Virus record (IMG/VR): IMGVR_UViG_3300047472_000231
Location: 1-64,000 of that record
Length of the DNA: 64,000 nt
From: a virus
Reading direction: 5' to 3' (one strand)
Program-made: the position numbers and the translations under genes
The notes under the pieces: model-generated
What the model saw: the letters and a program-made list of their open reading frames with translations, nothing else
Told to the model about the DNA's origin: nothing
The model's database searches: none
In this document: positions 9,577 to 18,034 of the stretch, in pieces
Numbering within the stretch: the stretch's first letter is position 1
Layout of the letters: every line of letters starts with the position of its first letter

Positions 9577-9746
9577 TGGCCAAGCCCGCCCCGCCTGGCG
9601 AGTGCGGGCAGTGCTGGCAGCACGCCCACGACCCGAGCATCCACCGCCGGCTCGCCCCCCGCGAGGACTGCCCGCAATGCGTGGACCACATGATCAACGG
9701 CCACGGTGCGCACCTCGTGCCCAAGAAGAAGTCCAGCTGGTGGTGA
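9576..9746 (+). CDS. pRL2-8-like small Zn-binding protein of Streptomyces plasmid type
   Basis: PPGECGQCWQHAHD...REDCPQCVDHMINGH, recognised from memory. Confidence 0.6.
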   Translation: MAKPAPPGECGQCWQHAHDPSIHRRLAPREDCPQCVDHMINGHGAHLVPKKKSSWW

Positions 9747-9785
9747 CCGACCGGCCGCCACCGTCCACCGCATCGAAGGAGACCC

Positions 9786-9974
9786 ATGGCGATCAAGAAG
9801 CGTGACCGGGTGACCGTCACGTCCAGCCCGGACGCGCCCGGCCTGGTCGGGCGAACCGGCGAGGCCTGGCCGACCGGCGACGGACGGGTGCAGGTCGACG
9901 GCATCCGCGACCCGCAACTCGACCTGGCGCTCGGGACGCCGACGTTCACCGAAGACCAGCTCCGCAAGGCCTGA
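9786..9974 (+). CDS. Small SH3-like hypothetical protein
   Basis: AAGGAG RBS. Confidence 0.6.
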   Translation: MAIKKRDRVTVTSSPDAPGLVGRTGEAWPTGDGRVQVDGIRDPQLDLALGTPTFTEDQLRKA

Positions 9975-10053
9975 CCGACTGCCCGATCCGCCCGTCTCGC
10001 ACGGGCGGTGAGGGGAACCGCTCAGCGTTCCAACCCGACCCGAGGAGAACCGC

Positions 10054-10251
10054 ATGCCGAAGTTCAACACCGTCGCGAAGGTCACCGGCCGCGACGGCAC
10101 CACCCGCGAGGTCACCGGCACCGTCCAGAACGACAGCCCCCTGTACGGGCACGACAGGGCCCGCAACGACGCCGCCGACCAGCTCAGCAAGAACATCGCG
10201 TCCGGCGAAAAGGTCGACACCAACAACATCCAGGTCCGCTACGGCCACTGA
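10054..10251 (+). CDS. Small hypothetical protein
   Basis: GAGGAG RBS. Confidence 0.65.
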   Translation: MPKFNTVAKVTGRDGTTREVTGTVQNDSPLYGHDRARNDAADQLSKNIASGEKVDTNNIQVRYGH

Positions 10252-10279
10252 CTCTCAATCACCCAGCGAGGAGCCTCCC

Positions 10280-10576
10280 GTGCACGCCTATCTGATCACT
10301 GCGAAGCCTGGCCGGCCGACGCGTGCCGTCCGGTTCGTGGGCCGGTGGACGGTGCGGCTCCTCGCCCTGCTGGTGATGGTCGGCCTTGGCGCCGTCGTGT
10401 TCCCGCTGCGCGCTGCCCGCCCGGTCCTCAACTACGTGGCCACCAGGGCGGCCTGGTTGGAGCTGTGGGCGGCCTCGGTGACCGGGATCGGCCCGGTCGG
10501 GGCTGCTGTCGGCTCCGGCCTGACCGACGAGTTTGTCCGCGAATTCCACAAGGCGCGCACCGGCGCGCCCGCCTAG
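10280..10576 (+). CDS. Small membrane protein (spread-protein candidate)
   Basis: GAGGAG RBS; hydrophobic segment LLALLVMVGLGAVVF. Confidence 0.6.
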   Translation: MHAYLITAKPGRPTRAVRFVGRWTVRLLALLVMVGLGAVVFPLRAARPVLNYVATRAAWLELWAASVTGIGPVGAAVGSGLTDEFVREFHKARTGAPA

Positions 10577-10589
10577 AGAGGAGATCTGC

Positions 10590-11054
10590 ATGCTCCGTAA
10601 GCCCCGCTGGTCGGTGACCTGGCCGACCCGCCCGAACGGCGTCTACACCCAGCTGGTCCGCGCCGGCGACCCGACCGACGCAGTCCGGGTCGCCGCCGAA
10701 CTCGAGTGGCAGACCACGCCCGGCTACTCGGTCGCCTTCGACTACACGCCGCAGGTGTGGCGGCTGCTCCGCCCGTACCGGCTGCGCTCCCGCTCGGTCG
10801 CTGGCCCCGACTACCCGGACACGGTGCCTGGTGAGGTGGCGTTCACGTCGGAGCCGCTGGACCTCGCCGCGATCGCCGACCAGGTCGTGTCTGTGATCCG
10901 CGTCTCGGACGCCCTCGGCAAGGACAAGCACGAGCTGCGCGCTGCGGTCGGCCAGATCGTCGGCAACCTGATCCCCGCCGAGGCCGAGCAGGTCCTGGCC
11001 ATCGTTGCCGCAGAGACCCGGGAGATCAACGCGTACACAGGCGGCTGGGCCTGA
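10590..11054 (+). CDS. Hypothetical protein
   Basis: GAGGAG RBS, ATG at 10590. Confidence 0.65.
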   Translation: MLRKPRWSVTWPTRPNGVYTQLVRAGDPTDAVRVAAELEWQTTPGYSVAFDYTPQVWRLLRPYRLRSRSVAGPDYPDTVPGEVAFTSEPLDLAAIADQVVSVIRVSDALGKDKHELRAAVGQIVGNLIPAEAEQVLAIVAAETREINAYTGGWA

Positions 11055-11257
11055 TGCCGATCACGTTCCGCAAGAGCTTCCGGATCCTGCCCGGCGTCCG
11101 TCTCAACATCAACCGGCGCAGCTGGTCGGTGACGTTGGGCGGCGGCCGGGGCCCGCACCACACGATCTCGTCGACCGGACGGCGCACCACCTCCATGGAC
11201 CTGCCCGGCCCGTTCGGTTACAGGTCCACCCGCACCCGACGCAACCGAGAGGGCTGA
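11054..11257 (+). CDS. DUF4236 domain protein
   Basis: FRKSFRILPGVRLNINRRSWSVTLGG signature. Confidence 0.75.
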   Translation: MPITFRKSFRILPGVRLNINRRSWSVTLGGGRGPHHTISSTGRRTTSMDLPGPFGYRSTRTRRNREG

Positions 11258-11258
11258 C

Positions 11259-11468
11259 ATGCGCTTCCTCGACTACCTCAACCGCCGCTACACGGTGCGC
11301 GAGTCGTTCACGCTCCTGATCCCCGCCGTGGCCGTCGTCCTCGGCGTCCAGCTCGGCCTGACCGCCCTCGGCATCAGCCGGCCGGTCGCCGCCCTGATGT
11401 CCCTCACCGCAGCCCTCGGCGTCTACTTCGCCACCGCCGCCCTCATCGACCGCCGCACCCGCGGCTGA
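11259..11468 (+). CDS. Small two-TM membrane protein (spread-protein candidate)
   Basis: Two hydrophobic helices. Confidence 0.65.
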   Translation: MRFLDYLNRRYTVRESFTLLIPAVAVVLGVQLGLTALGISRPVAALMSLTAALGVYFATAALIDRRTRG

Positions 11469-11487
11469 CCCGAAAGGACCGAACGTC

Positions 11488-12816
11488 ATGACCGCCAGCC
11501 CGCCCAAGGCCAACGGCAGCACCAGGCCGCGCACGCCCCTGCAGTTCGCGGACTGGCGTATCACCGCCGACCCCGAGGAGCAGCGCACCCCCCAGCCCGA
11601 GCCGGCCGCAGACCGGGCTGACCTTGTTGCCGCGGCGGAGGCTGCCGCGATCCGCGCCCGCGGCGAGGCCGAAGCCGAGGCCATCCGCATCGCGGCCGAA
11701 GCCGCAGCCCAGGCCGAGATCGTCAAGGCCGAAGAGGAAGCCCGCAAGCAGAAGATCGTCAACGACCGGGCCGCCCGGAAGGCCGCCGAGGAGCAGGCCG
11801 CATCCAACGCGCGGATCGCCGATCACAACCGGCGCCGCGATGAAGCCGACCGCGCCCGAGCCGACGCCCACGAAGCGGCCCAGGCCGAGAAGGCGACCGA
11901 GCGGAAGGCCGCCGAAGAGATCGCTGAGGCGGACGACAAGTGGCGGGCCTACGCGATCCGCTTCGCAATCGTCTGCGGCATCGTCTCCCTGCCCGTCCAG
12001 ATGTCGTTCTTCTGGAACCCGCACGCCCCCTGGATGGCCGCCGCCCCGATCATGCTCGAAGGCGCCGCCTGGGTCGTCCACCGCGGCGCCCGAGCCGCCG
12101 CGGTCAGCAAGCGGCCCGTCTGGCACTACCGGGCCATCGTCTGGCTGCTCGCCCTGATCGCCGCCGCGATCAACCTCTATCACGGGCTCCACAGCTTCGA
12201 CCCCGGCACCGCCCTCGCGACCGCGTTCGCATCCATCGCCGGCCCCGGCGTCTGGGATCTCCACGAGCACGGCCGCATCCGCCGCCGTGACGGGGTCCTG
12301 ACGCGGAAGGAGCGGAAGGCAAAGAAGCGGGCCGATGCCCGCGCCGAGGCTCTGAAGAAGCTCGAGGAGAAGGCGCAGCGCTTCGAGAAGGAGGCCGCAG
12401 ACAAGGCCGCCGAGGAGGCTCGCCAGAAGCTCGCGGCGGACCGTGAGGCGACGTACCCCAAGGTGTGGGACGAGGCGAAGAAGATCGCTGCGGCGGTCGG
12501 CGAGACCACCGTCACCGACGCCGTCTGGGCGCGCGCCTACCGCAACATCCAAGGCACCGACCCCGGCGAGTCCATCGAGTCCATCACCGCCCGCCGTGCC
12601 GCCGAGAAGCGCGTCCAAGCCGCCCTCACCGGGACCCCCGTGAACACCCTCAGCAAGACCACGAACGCGCAGCGTGCGATCCAAACACCCCGCTCTTCGT
12701 ACAAGCCTGTTCCGCCCCGCCGCACACCCGGCGACACGCCTCGCTACAGCCGTGCCGCCGGCCGCGCGCACGGCGACCTCCTCCGCCGCAAGAACACCCG
12801 CACGAAGGACCAGTGA
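11488..12816 (+). CDS. DUF2637/SpdB-like membrane protein with coiled coils
   Basis: Coiled coil, about four TM helices, second coiled coil and basic tail; directly upstream of the TraB-like gene. Confidence 0.65.
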   Translation: MTASPPKANGSTRPRTPLQFADWRITADPEEQRTPQPEPAADRADLVAAAEAAAIRARGEAEAEAIRIAAEAAAQAEIVKAEEEARKQKIVNDRAARKAAEEQAASNARIADHNRRRDEADRARADAHEAAQAEKATERKAAEEIAEADDKWRAYAIRFAIVCGIVSLPVQMSFFWNPHAPWMAAAPIMLEGAAWVVHRGARAAAVSKRPVWHYRAIVWLLALIAAAINLYHGLHSFDPGTALATAFASIAGPGVWDLHEHGRIRRRDGVLTRKERKAKKRADARAEALKKLEEKAQRFEKEAADKAAEEARQKLAADREATYPKVWDEAKKIAAAVGETTVTDAVWARAYRNIQGTDPGESIESITARRAAEKRVQAALTGTPVNTLSKTTNAQRAIQTPRSSYKPVPPRRTPGDTPRYSRAAGRAHGDLLRRKNTRTKDQ

Positions 12817-14816
12817 TGACGACCGAAGCCACCCCTGAGTTCCCCGCCGACTGGGACCTCACGAAGGTGATCCCCGGCGAGCTGCACGTGCCCGACGACC
12901 TGTCCGGCGAGGACATCGCGCCCGGCATCGTCGTCCCCTACGAGCCGCGCCTGCCCGCCCTGCGCACCGCAGGCTCGGCCGCCATGGTCGTCGCCGCGAC
13001 AACCGGGCGGGCGTGCGGGCTCACCGCCCGCTGGTTCTTCACCGGCACCCGCGCGGTCGGCTTCCTCGGCTGGCGCTACGTCCGCGCCCACGACCTCCAA
13101 GAGGTCATCGGCGGCATGTCGAAGGCCGGCGACTGGAACAAGGTCGACATCGTCCGCAAGAAGCGGTGGCGGATCCTCGGCTGGGCCGCCGGCATCACCG
13201 CCGGCCTCAACCTCGCCGGCTGGATAGCCCTCGCCTCCGGTGCGGGCATGGACGCAGGCGGCGCAGCGATGGCCATCCCGCCCACCATCACCGGAGCTGT
13301 CGTCGCCGCGGCGGTCACCCTGTACGGCCGCTACCGGACCAACCGGCCCGAGCTCGCCCCGCAGATGATGATCGCCGATCAGGACGACCCCAACAGCGAT
13401 GAGCCGTTCCCGCTGGCGCTCGCTACGTCGCCGGGCATGGTCGAGGACTGCGTGTCCCGAGCCCTGGCCTGGGAGGGCATCGACGTCCGGCAGGTTCGCG
13501 CGCTCGGCTTCCACGGCAAGTTCTGGGAGATCGACGTGATCCTCAAGGGCTCCACCCCGGGCAAGGTCAATGCGGTCGCCGAGCAGCTGGACACCCACTT
13601 CAACATCAAGCAAGGCGGGACCCTGATCGACCCTGACCCGCAGCAGTCCGCGCACATCGTGCTGCGCCTCGTCACCGGCAACCCGTTCGACGACATGCCG
13701 AAGCCAGCCATCCACGCCCCGAACAGCCTAGACATCACCCAGGCGCACAACTTCGGCCGGTGCATGGACGGTTCCCTGCTCGACCTCGTCCTCGAGGGCC
13801 TGCGGATCCTCGTCATCGGCGTGTCCGGCGCCGCCAAGTCCACCGGCGTGCTGCGTGACCTCGCCGAGGTCATTACCGCCTGCCACAACGCGATCGCCAT
13901 CGAGATGGACCCGGTCAAGGACGGGCTGCGTGAGTTCGACGGCGCCATGGCCGTCCCGCCGATCCGCGGCACCAAGGCGTGCGAGGAGTGGCTCGAAAAC
14001 CTGGTGAAGATGGCGAAGGGCCGTCAGGTCGTCCGGAACCGGCTCAACATGGGCGACACGTGGGTGGCCACCCGGGAACGCCCGGCGATCTTCGCGCTGG
14101 TTGATGAGTTTATCTACCTCAGCCCCCGAGGGAAGGAGCTGTTCATCGAGCTTCTGCGGCTGGGGAAGCAGTCTGGGATCTACCCGATCGCCGCCGGGCA
14201 GGACGCCACCTCCGACGCCATGGGTGATGCGATCGCCGACTCCTTCACCCTGCAGGTCATGCTCGCCTCCCGGTGGGACGACATCCGCATCGTGTTCGGG
14301 CAAGGTGCCGCCGCGAAGGGCTTCCGCCCCGACCGGCTTGTGCCCGCCCAGAACCGGCAGATAAAGAACGACGCCGGCCAGTCCTACATCAAGGGCCCCG
14401 GTCTGGATCGGCCGCTGCTGTACGGGTGGAACGAGCACAGCGGCGAGGCGATCAAGCGTGCCGTCGAAGCCCGCAAGCAGGCGGGGCGGCCGTGGTTCGA
14501 CCGGGACACCCTCGCCGCCGCCGGCCTCCTGCACCTGGCCGATGGCGGGGCGGGGGAGCGGATCATAGGGGACCGGAAGATCGCGGCCGACTGCATGGCG
14601 GTCATGGCTGACGCGGGCGTGGACCGGATGAAGACCGAGGCGCTCGCCGAGGCGCTCGCCCAGTTCGCTCCGGACGCATACGGAGATCTGACGGCCGCCG
14701 AGCTGCGGGCGCTGCTGAAGGCGGCTGGGGCCGGGTCACCGGTGACCCTCGGCTACCTCAACGGCGAGAACAACCCGCGCGGATTCAAGCTCGAAGCCCT
14801 GACTGCTTTGACCTAG
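12816..14816 (+). CDS. traB: TraB-like FtsK/SpoIIIE DNA translocase
   Basis: N-terminal TM helices; Walker A VIGVSGAAKST; Walker B IFALVDEF; LLRLGKQSGIYPIAAGQ; C-terminal wHTH-like domain. Confidence 0.8.
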   Translation: MTTEATPEFPADWDLTKVIPGELHVPDDLSGEDIAPGIVVPYEPRLPALRTAGSAAMVVAATTGRACGLTARWFFTGTRAVGFLGWRYVRAHDLQEVIGGMSKAGDWNKVDIVRKKRWRILGWAAGITAGLNLAGWIALASGAGMDAGGAAMAIPPTITGAVVAAAVTLYGRYRTNRPELAPQMMIADQDDPNSDEPFPLALATSPGMVEDCVSRALAWEGIDVRQVRALGFHGKFWEIDVILKGSTPGKVNAVAEQLDTHFNIKQGGTLIDPDPQQSAHIVLRLVTGNPFDDMPKPAIHAPNSLDITQAHNFGRCMDGSLLDLVLEGLRILVIGVSGAAKSTGVLRDLAEVITACHNAIAIEMDPVKDGLREFDGAMAVPPIRGTKACEEWLENLVKMAKGRQVVRNRLNMGDTWVATRERPAIFALVDEFIYLSPRGKELFIELLRLGKQSGIYPIAAGQDATSDAMGDAIADSFTLQVMLASRWDDIRIVFGQGAAAKGFRPDRLVPAQNRQIKNDAGQSYIKGPGLDRPLLYGWNEHSGEAIKRAVEARKQAGRPWFDRDTLAAAGLLHLADGGAGERIIGDRKIAADCMAVMADAGVDRMKTEALAEALAQFAPDAYGDLTAAELRALLKAAGAGSPVTLGYLNGENNPRGFKLEALTALT

Positions 14817-14825
14817 AAAGTCCCC

Positions 14826-14981
14826 TGCTCAAGAGGTGCTCAACACTGCTCAACCGCAGGTCAGAGCCGCTCAATCACCTGCTCAAGCACGTGCTCAGCG
14901 AGATCGTGAGCAGGGCCTGAGCGGCACCTTGAGCGGCTGTGACCTGCAACGGAGCACCCCTGAGCAGTCGTTGAGCACCTC
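14826..14981. repeat. clt-like locus: phased TGCTCAA repeats followed by inverted TGAGCA repeats
   Basis: (T)GCTCA(A) at 14826, 14837, 14847, 14868, 14880, 14892; TGAGCR or GGAGCA at 14907, 14918, 14930, 14951, 14961, 14972; starts ~10 bp after the traB stop. Confidence 0.8.
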
Positions 14982-15024
14982 GCAAACCATCACAAACCGA
15001 TCACCTGTCCGAGGAGCCCCGATC

Positions 15025-15801
15025 ATGCCCGCGAAGCGTCAGCCGGCCCGCCGGACCACCCCGGCGAAGCGCCGCAAGCCGTCCGCCCGCAACCACCCCG
15101 CCCGCCGCGTCAAGATCCCCCGCAAGGGCCCGCTGCACCACCAAATCGGCGCCCGCATGGTCCTGTTCGCCGTCTCCCACCTCGACACCCACGGCGACAC
15201 CGTCCGCTCCCGCAAAGACGCCGCCATCCTCCGCGCCACCCACAAGGGCTGCACCACCTGCCAGGGCAACGGGCAGATCTTCACCAAGGGCAAAGACGGC
15301 TCCTTCACCGGCTCCAAGCCCTGCCCAGCCAAACCCACCAAGGAGCGCGTCTCTCGGTGGGAGGTGTACAAGGCCAGCCGCTTCGGCGCCGACAAGAACA
15401 CCGGTCTCGTCGGCTGGGCCTGCCCCTGCGGCAAGAAGGAGAAGCCCCGCTACCGCGACGCGAAGGAAGCCACCAAGGCCCTGCGCACCCACGAACGGCA
15501 GAAGCATGGCGGCAAGAGCGTCGGAGGCGCCTGGTACGCGCAGGCCACTGAGGGCGCCAAGCAGGCTGCAGACCCGAAGCCCGAGCCGATGCCGTCAAAG
15601 GTCGTCCCCAACTCCGGCATGACCGACGAGCAGTGGGTCGGCCAGAACAAGGGCATGCCCGTCGGTAAGGCCATCGCCAAGGGCAAGTGCTGGAAGTGCT
15701 CCGGCGAAGGCAAGCTCCACGGGACCTTCGGCAACGAGCAGATCCTTACCGTCTGCCCGGAATGCAGGGGCAGCGGCAAGCCGACGAAGGTCGCCGCCTG
15801 A
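15025..15801 (+). CDS. Basic protein with DnaJ-type CxxCxGxG zinc fingers
   Basis: GAGGAG RBS; CTTCQGNG, CWKCSGEG, CPECRGSG. Confidence 0.75.
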   Translation: MPAKRQPARRTTPAKRRKPSARNHPARRVKIPRKGPLHHQIGARMVLFAVSHLDTHGDTVRSRKDAAILRATHKGCTTCQGNGQIFTKGKDGSFTGSKPCPAKPTKERVSRWEVYKASRFGADKNTGLVGWACPCGKKEKPRYRDAKEATKALRTHERQKHGGKSVGGAWYAQATEGAKQAADPKPEPMPSKVVPNSGMTDEQWVGQNKGMPVGKAIAKGKCWKCSGEGKLHGTFGNEQILTVCPECRGSGKPTKVAA

Positions 15802-16307
15802 TGATCGCGCTCACCACGGCCAATACAGCCGCCGCCCCGGTCGAACTCGACCTGGACGCGCGGCTCGCCATGGTGGGCGCGGTCATGGATGAACGCTGCA
15901 ACCTTGCCGTCCTCGCCGTCGACGTGAACAGCGCGCACATCGTCACACCCGAACTCTCTCAGGTCACGGGCCCGTTGCCCCTCGTGCCCACCATGGCACC
16001 CAACCCGTACTCCACGCCGATCGCCGCCACCCTCCATCGGGCTCGCCTCCAGCTCGACGCCGACGGCTGGTGCACCGGGCAGCTGCGCGACGAGCAAGGC
16101 GCCGCATGCCTGATCGGCGTCATCCGCAGCGAAGCCAGCAGTCGCAGCACGGCAGATGATGCGTGCGTCCTGCTGCTGGAGGCGATCCGTAGGGACTTCC
16201 CCACCGCCGAAACCGTGCCCAGCTGGAACGACAACCAGCGCGACCCGCGCATCCCCGCCCGCTACCTCGAGCGGGCCGCCGAACTCGCCCACAACCGCAA
16301 CCTCTAA
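15801..16307 (+). CDS. DUF6197-like protein
   Basis: GWCTGQL...ACLIGVIR...VPSWND. Confidence 0.65.
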   Translation: MIALTTANTAAAPVELDLDARLAMVGAVMDERCNLAVLAVDVNSAHIVTPELSQVTGPLPLVPTMAPNPYSTPIAATLHRARLQLDADGWCTGQLRDEQGAACLIGVIRSEASSRSTADDACVLLLEAIRRDFPTAETVPSWNDNQRDPRIPARYLERAAELAHNRNL

Positions 16308-16323
16308 CCCGACAGGAACCGCC

Positions 16324-16545
16324 ATGCCCAAGCCCACCGCCGAACAGCTCCGCGTCGACGCCGAGGAGAACGAACTCCTCGCCGCGTTCCGCCGCGCCCA
16401 AGCCGACCTCTACGCCAACGCCGCCCGCGAATCGGCCGCCGGAATCTTCCACGAAACCCCGGAGTATCTGCGCCTCAACCAGGCCGTCATCGACGCCGGA
16501 CGGAAGCTGCCCAAGGGGCTCAAGCGCCTCGCCAAGGACATCTGA
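16324..16545 (+). CDS. Small hypothetical protein
   Basis: AGGA RBS; precedes a terminator. Confidence 0.6.
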   Translation: MPKPTAEQLRVDAEENELLAAFRRAQADLYANAARESAAGIFHETPEYLRLNQAVIDAGRKLPKGLKRLAKDI

Positions 16546-16560
16546 CCTGCCGCGCGATCG

Positions 16561-16588
16561 CGCCCCCGGCCGATCCGGTCGGGGGCGT
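16561..16588 (+). terminator. Intrinsic terminator ending the transfer operon
   Basis: CGCCCCCGGCCG...CGGTCGGGGGCG stem followed by TTCT. Confidence 0.65.
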
Positions 16589-16679
16589 TCTGCTCGAACC
16601 GGTGGAACATCCGCCATCCCGCCGCCCACCAGCATCAACCGCCGATAGCCTGCCGACTCCACACATCCCTGGGGGGACC

Positions 16680-17042
16680 ATGACGAACGACCTGCCACCG
16701 ATGCCCGACACGCCGCCTATGCCCGCGCACGCACCGAAGCCCGCGGCTAAGAGACGCCTCCCGCTGATCATTGTCGCCATCCTGGCGGTCGCCCTCGCTA
16801 TCGGCGGGACCGTCTACTGGGTCAGCCGGCCGTCCTACGACGACATCGTGAAGGGCTGCCAGAAGGCGCTCGCCGCCCAGTCGAAGGCAGGCGGGAAGGG
16901 CAAGCCCGACGCGTGCAAGGACGTGAAGAAGGACGACTACGACACGCTCGTAATCGCCAGCGTGATCGACGGCATGTCCAAGACGGACCGGGACACGCTC
17001 GACTACTACGACGACGGTTCGATCAACGGCAGCCTCAACTGA
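16680..17042 (+). CDS. Single-pass membrane protein with a Cys pair (moron-like)
   Basis: Pro-rich N-terminus, KRR followed by a TM helix; own terminator at ~17054-17089. Confidence 0.7.
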   Translation: MTNDLPPMPDTPPMPAHAPKPAAKRRLPLIIVAILAVALAIGGTVYWVSRPSYDDIVKGCQKALAAQSKAGGKGKPDACKDVKKDDYDTLVIASVIDGMSKTDRDTLDYYDDGSINGSLN

Positions 17043-17046
17043 CGGA

Positions 17047-17241
17047 TTACAGCGAGGCCCCGCTCCCGGGTGTCGGGGGCGGGGCCTTCGTTGTGCGGGC
17101 GGGGACGGCGCGGGCCATCCACCCGTTGCTGATCATGTCGGTGGGCGGCATCTTCTCCCGCAGCCCGAGCGTCAGCAGCAGCTGCAACCCGGCCGCCGTC
17201 TCCTGCTCGTCGTCACCCTGCACCGTGAACCGAAGCGCCAT
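17047..17241 (-). CDS. Small hypothetical protein
   Basis: ATG ORF downstream of the HTH gene. Confidence 0.45.
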   Translation of the reverse strand: MALRFTVQGDDEQETAAGLQLLLTLGLREKMPPTDMISNGWMARAVPARTTKAPPPTPGSGASL

Positions 17242-17297
17242 ACCGGCAGTGTGCCCGCGGTGGTGGGGGAGACGGGGCGGAATGCGGGAAGCGGCCG

Positions 17298-17573
17298 TCA
17301 GGCGTCGGGTGTCTCGGCTCGCTTGGCTTCGACCTCGCGGCCGACGGTGGGTTCCCGCTTGCGCTCGGCTCCGACTTTGCGGGCGATGCGACGGAAGAAC
17401 TCGTCGGACAGGCCGGTGAGTTTGGCGAGTTCGGCGGGGGTGGATCCCGCGAGCAGGTCAGCCTCGGCGCGCGTGCGGACTTCCTCCAGCTCGGCCTTGG
17501 CGGCTTCGTGGTGCCGCTTGTGGCGGGCATAGATCCGCTGGTTCTCGTCGTCGGGCGTGTGATCGGTGGCCAT
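17298..17573 (-). CDS. Small HTH repressor
   Basis: AGSTPAELAKLTGLSDEFFRRIAR HTH; divergent from a promoter carrying palindromic operators. Confidence 0.75.
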   Translation of the reverse strand: MATDHTPDDENQRIYARHKRHHEAAKAELEEVRTRAEADLLAGSTPAELAKLTGLSDEFFRRIARKVGAERKREPTVGREVEAKRAETPDA

Positions 17574-17597
17574 GGGCTCATGCTCCCACAACGCGTT

Positions 17598-17691
17598 GGC
17601 CAACGGGAAGGCCACTCGGGTTGGCGGTCCTAAAGAATCATTGAGGCCAACATGGTGGCCTCTTGCGTGGCCAACAGTTGGCCTCTAGAGT
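17598..17691 (+). promoter_or_regulatory. Promoter TTGCGT-17-TAGAGT with three GGCCAAC...GGCC operators
   Basis: Operators at 17598-17613, 17645-17660 and 17669-17683; the third lies in the -35/-10 spacer. Confidence 0.75.
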
Positions 17692-17697
17692 GGAGCT

Positions 17698-18005
17698 ATC
17701 GCCAAGCAAGACGGCGAAACAACTCCACAGAGAGCGAAGCAGAACCGGGGTAGGGGCGCCGAAAGGCGTACCGGGAATCGACCCGTAAACCCACACTCAG
17801 TGGCTAAGCCCCGGGCGAGCGCGATGATAGAGGAACCCTGCCGCTGTTGGACTGAGGCAGCACTCTGGCCGAGCCGGACACCGCAAGGTGGCCCGTGGGG
17901 CATCTGGATTACAGACGGATGCAAGCGCCTAGGTATGGGTCGTCCCGACATACGGGGACAGCACCGCTCCTATCGCGTGATGAAGGTTGCTTCGCTCTCT
18001 GTGGA
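17698..18005 (+). ncRNA. Putative large structured non-coding RNA, family unknown
   Basis: Perfect 18-bp closing stem 17724-17741/17988-18005; GNRA-capped hairpins (GCGCC-GAAA-GGCGT, CACC-GCAA-GGTG); directly after a promoter; no credible ORF. Confidence 0.7.
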
Positions 18006-18034
18006 CCCAGAGGTCCGATCGGGGGGTGGCGAGA

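Noticed and set aside
12816-14816. FtsK-type virion packaging ATPase
   Set aside because: Canonical terminase and portal genes are present, and this ATPase has TM anchors and a clt/Spd-like context.
14836-15024. N-terminal extension of the 14836-15801 ORF
   Set aside because: It runs through the repeat array, and a good RBS supports ATG at 15025.
17698-18005. Retron msr/msd, group I/II intron or tRNA
   Set aside because: No reverse transcriptase in the window, no interrupted gene, no recognisable domain V or P7 core, and no cloverleaf.
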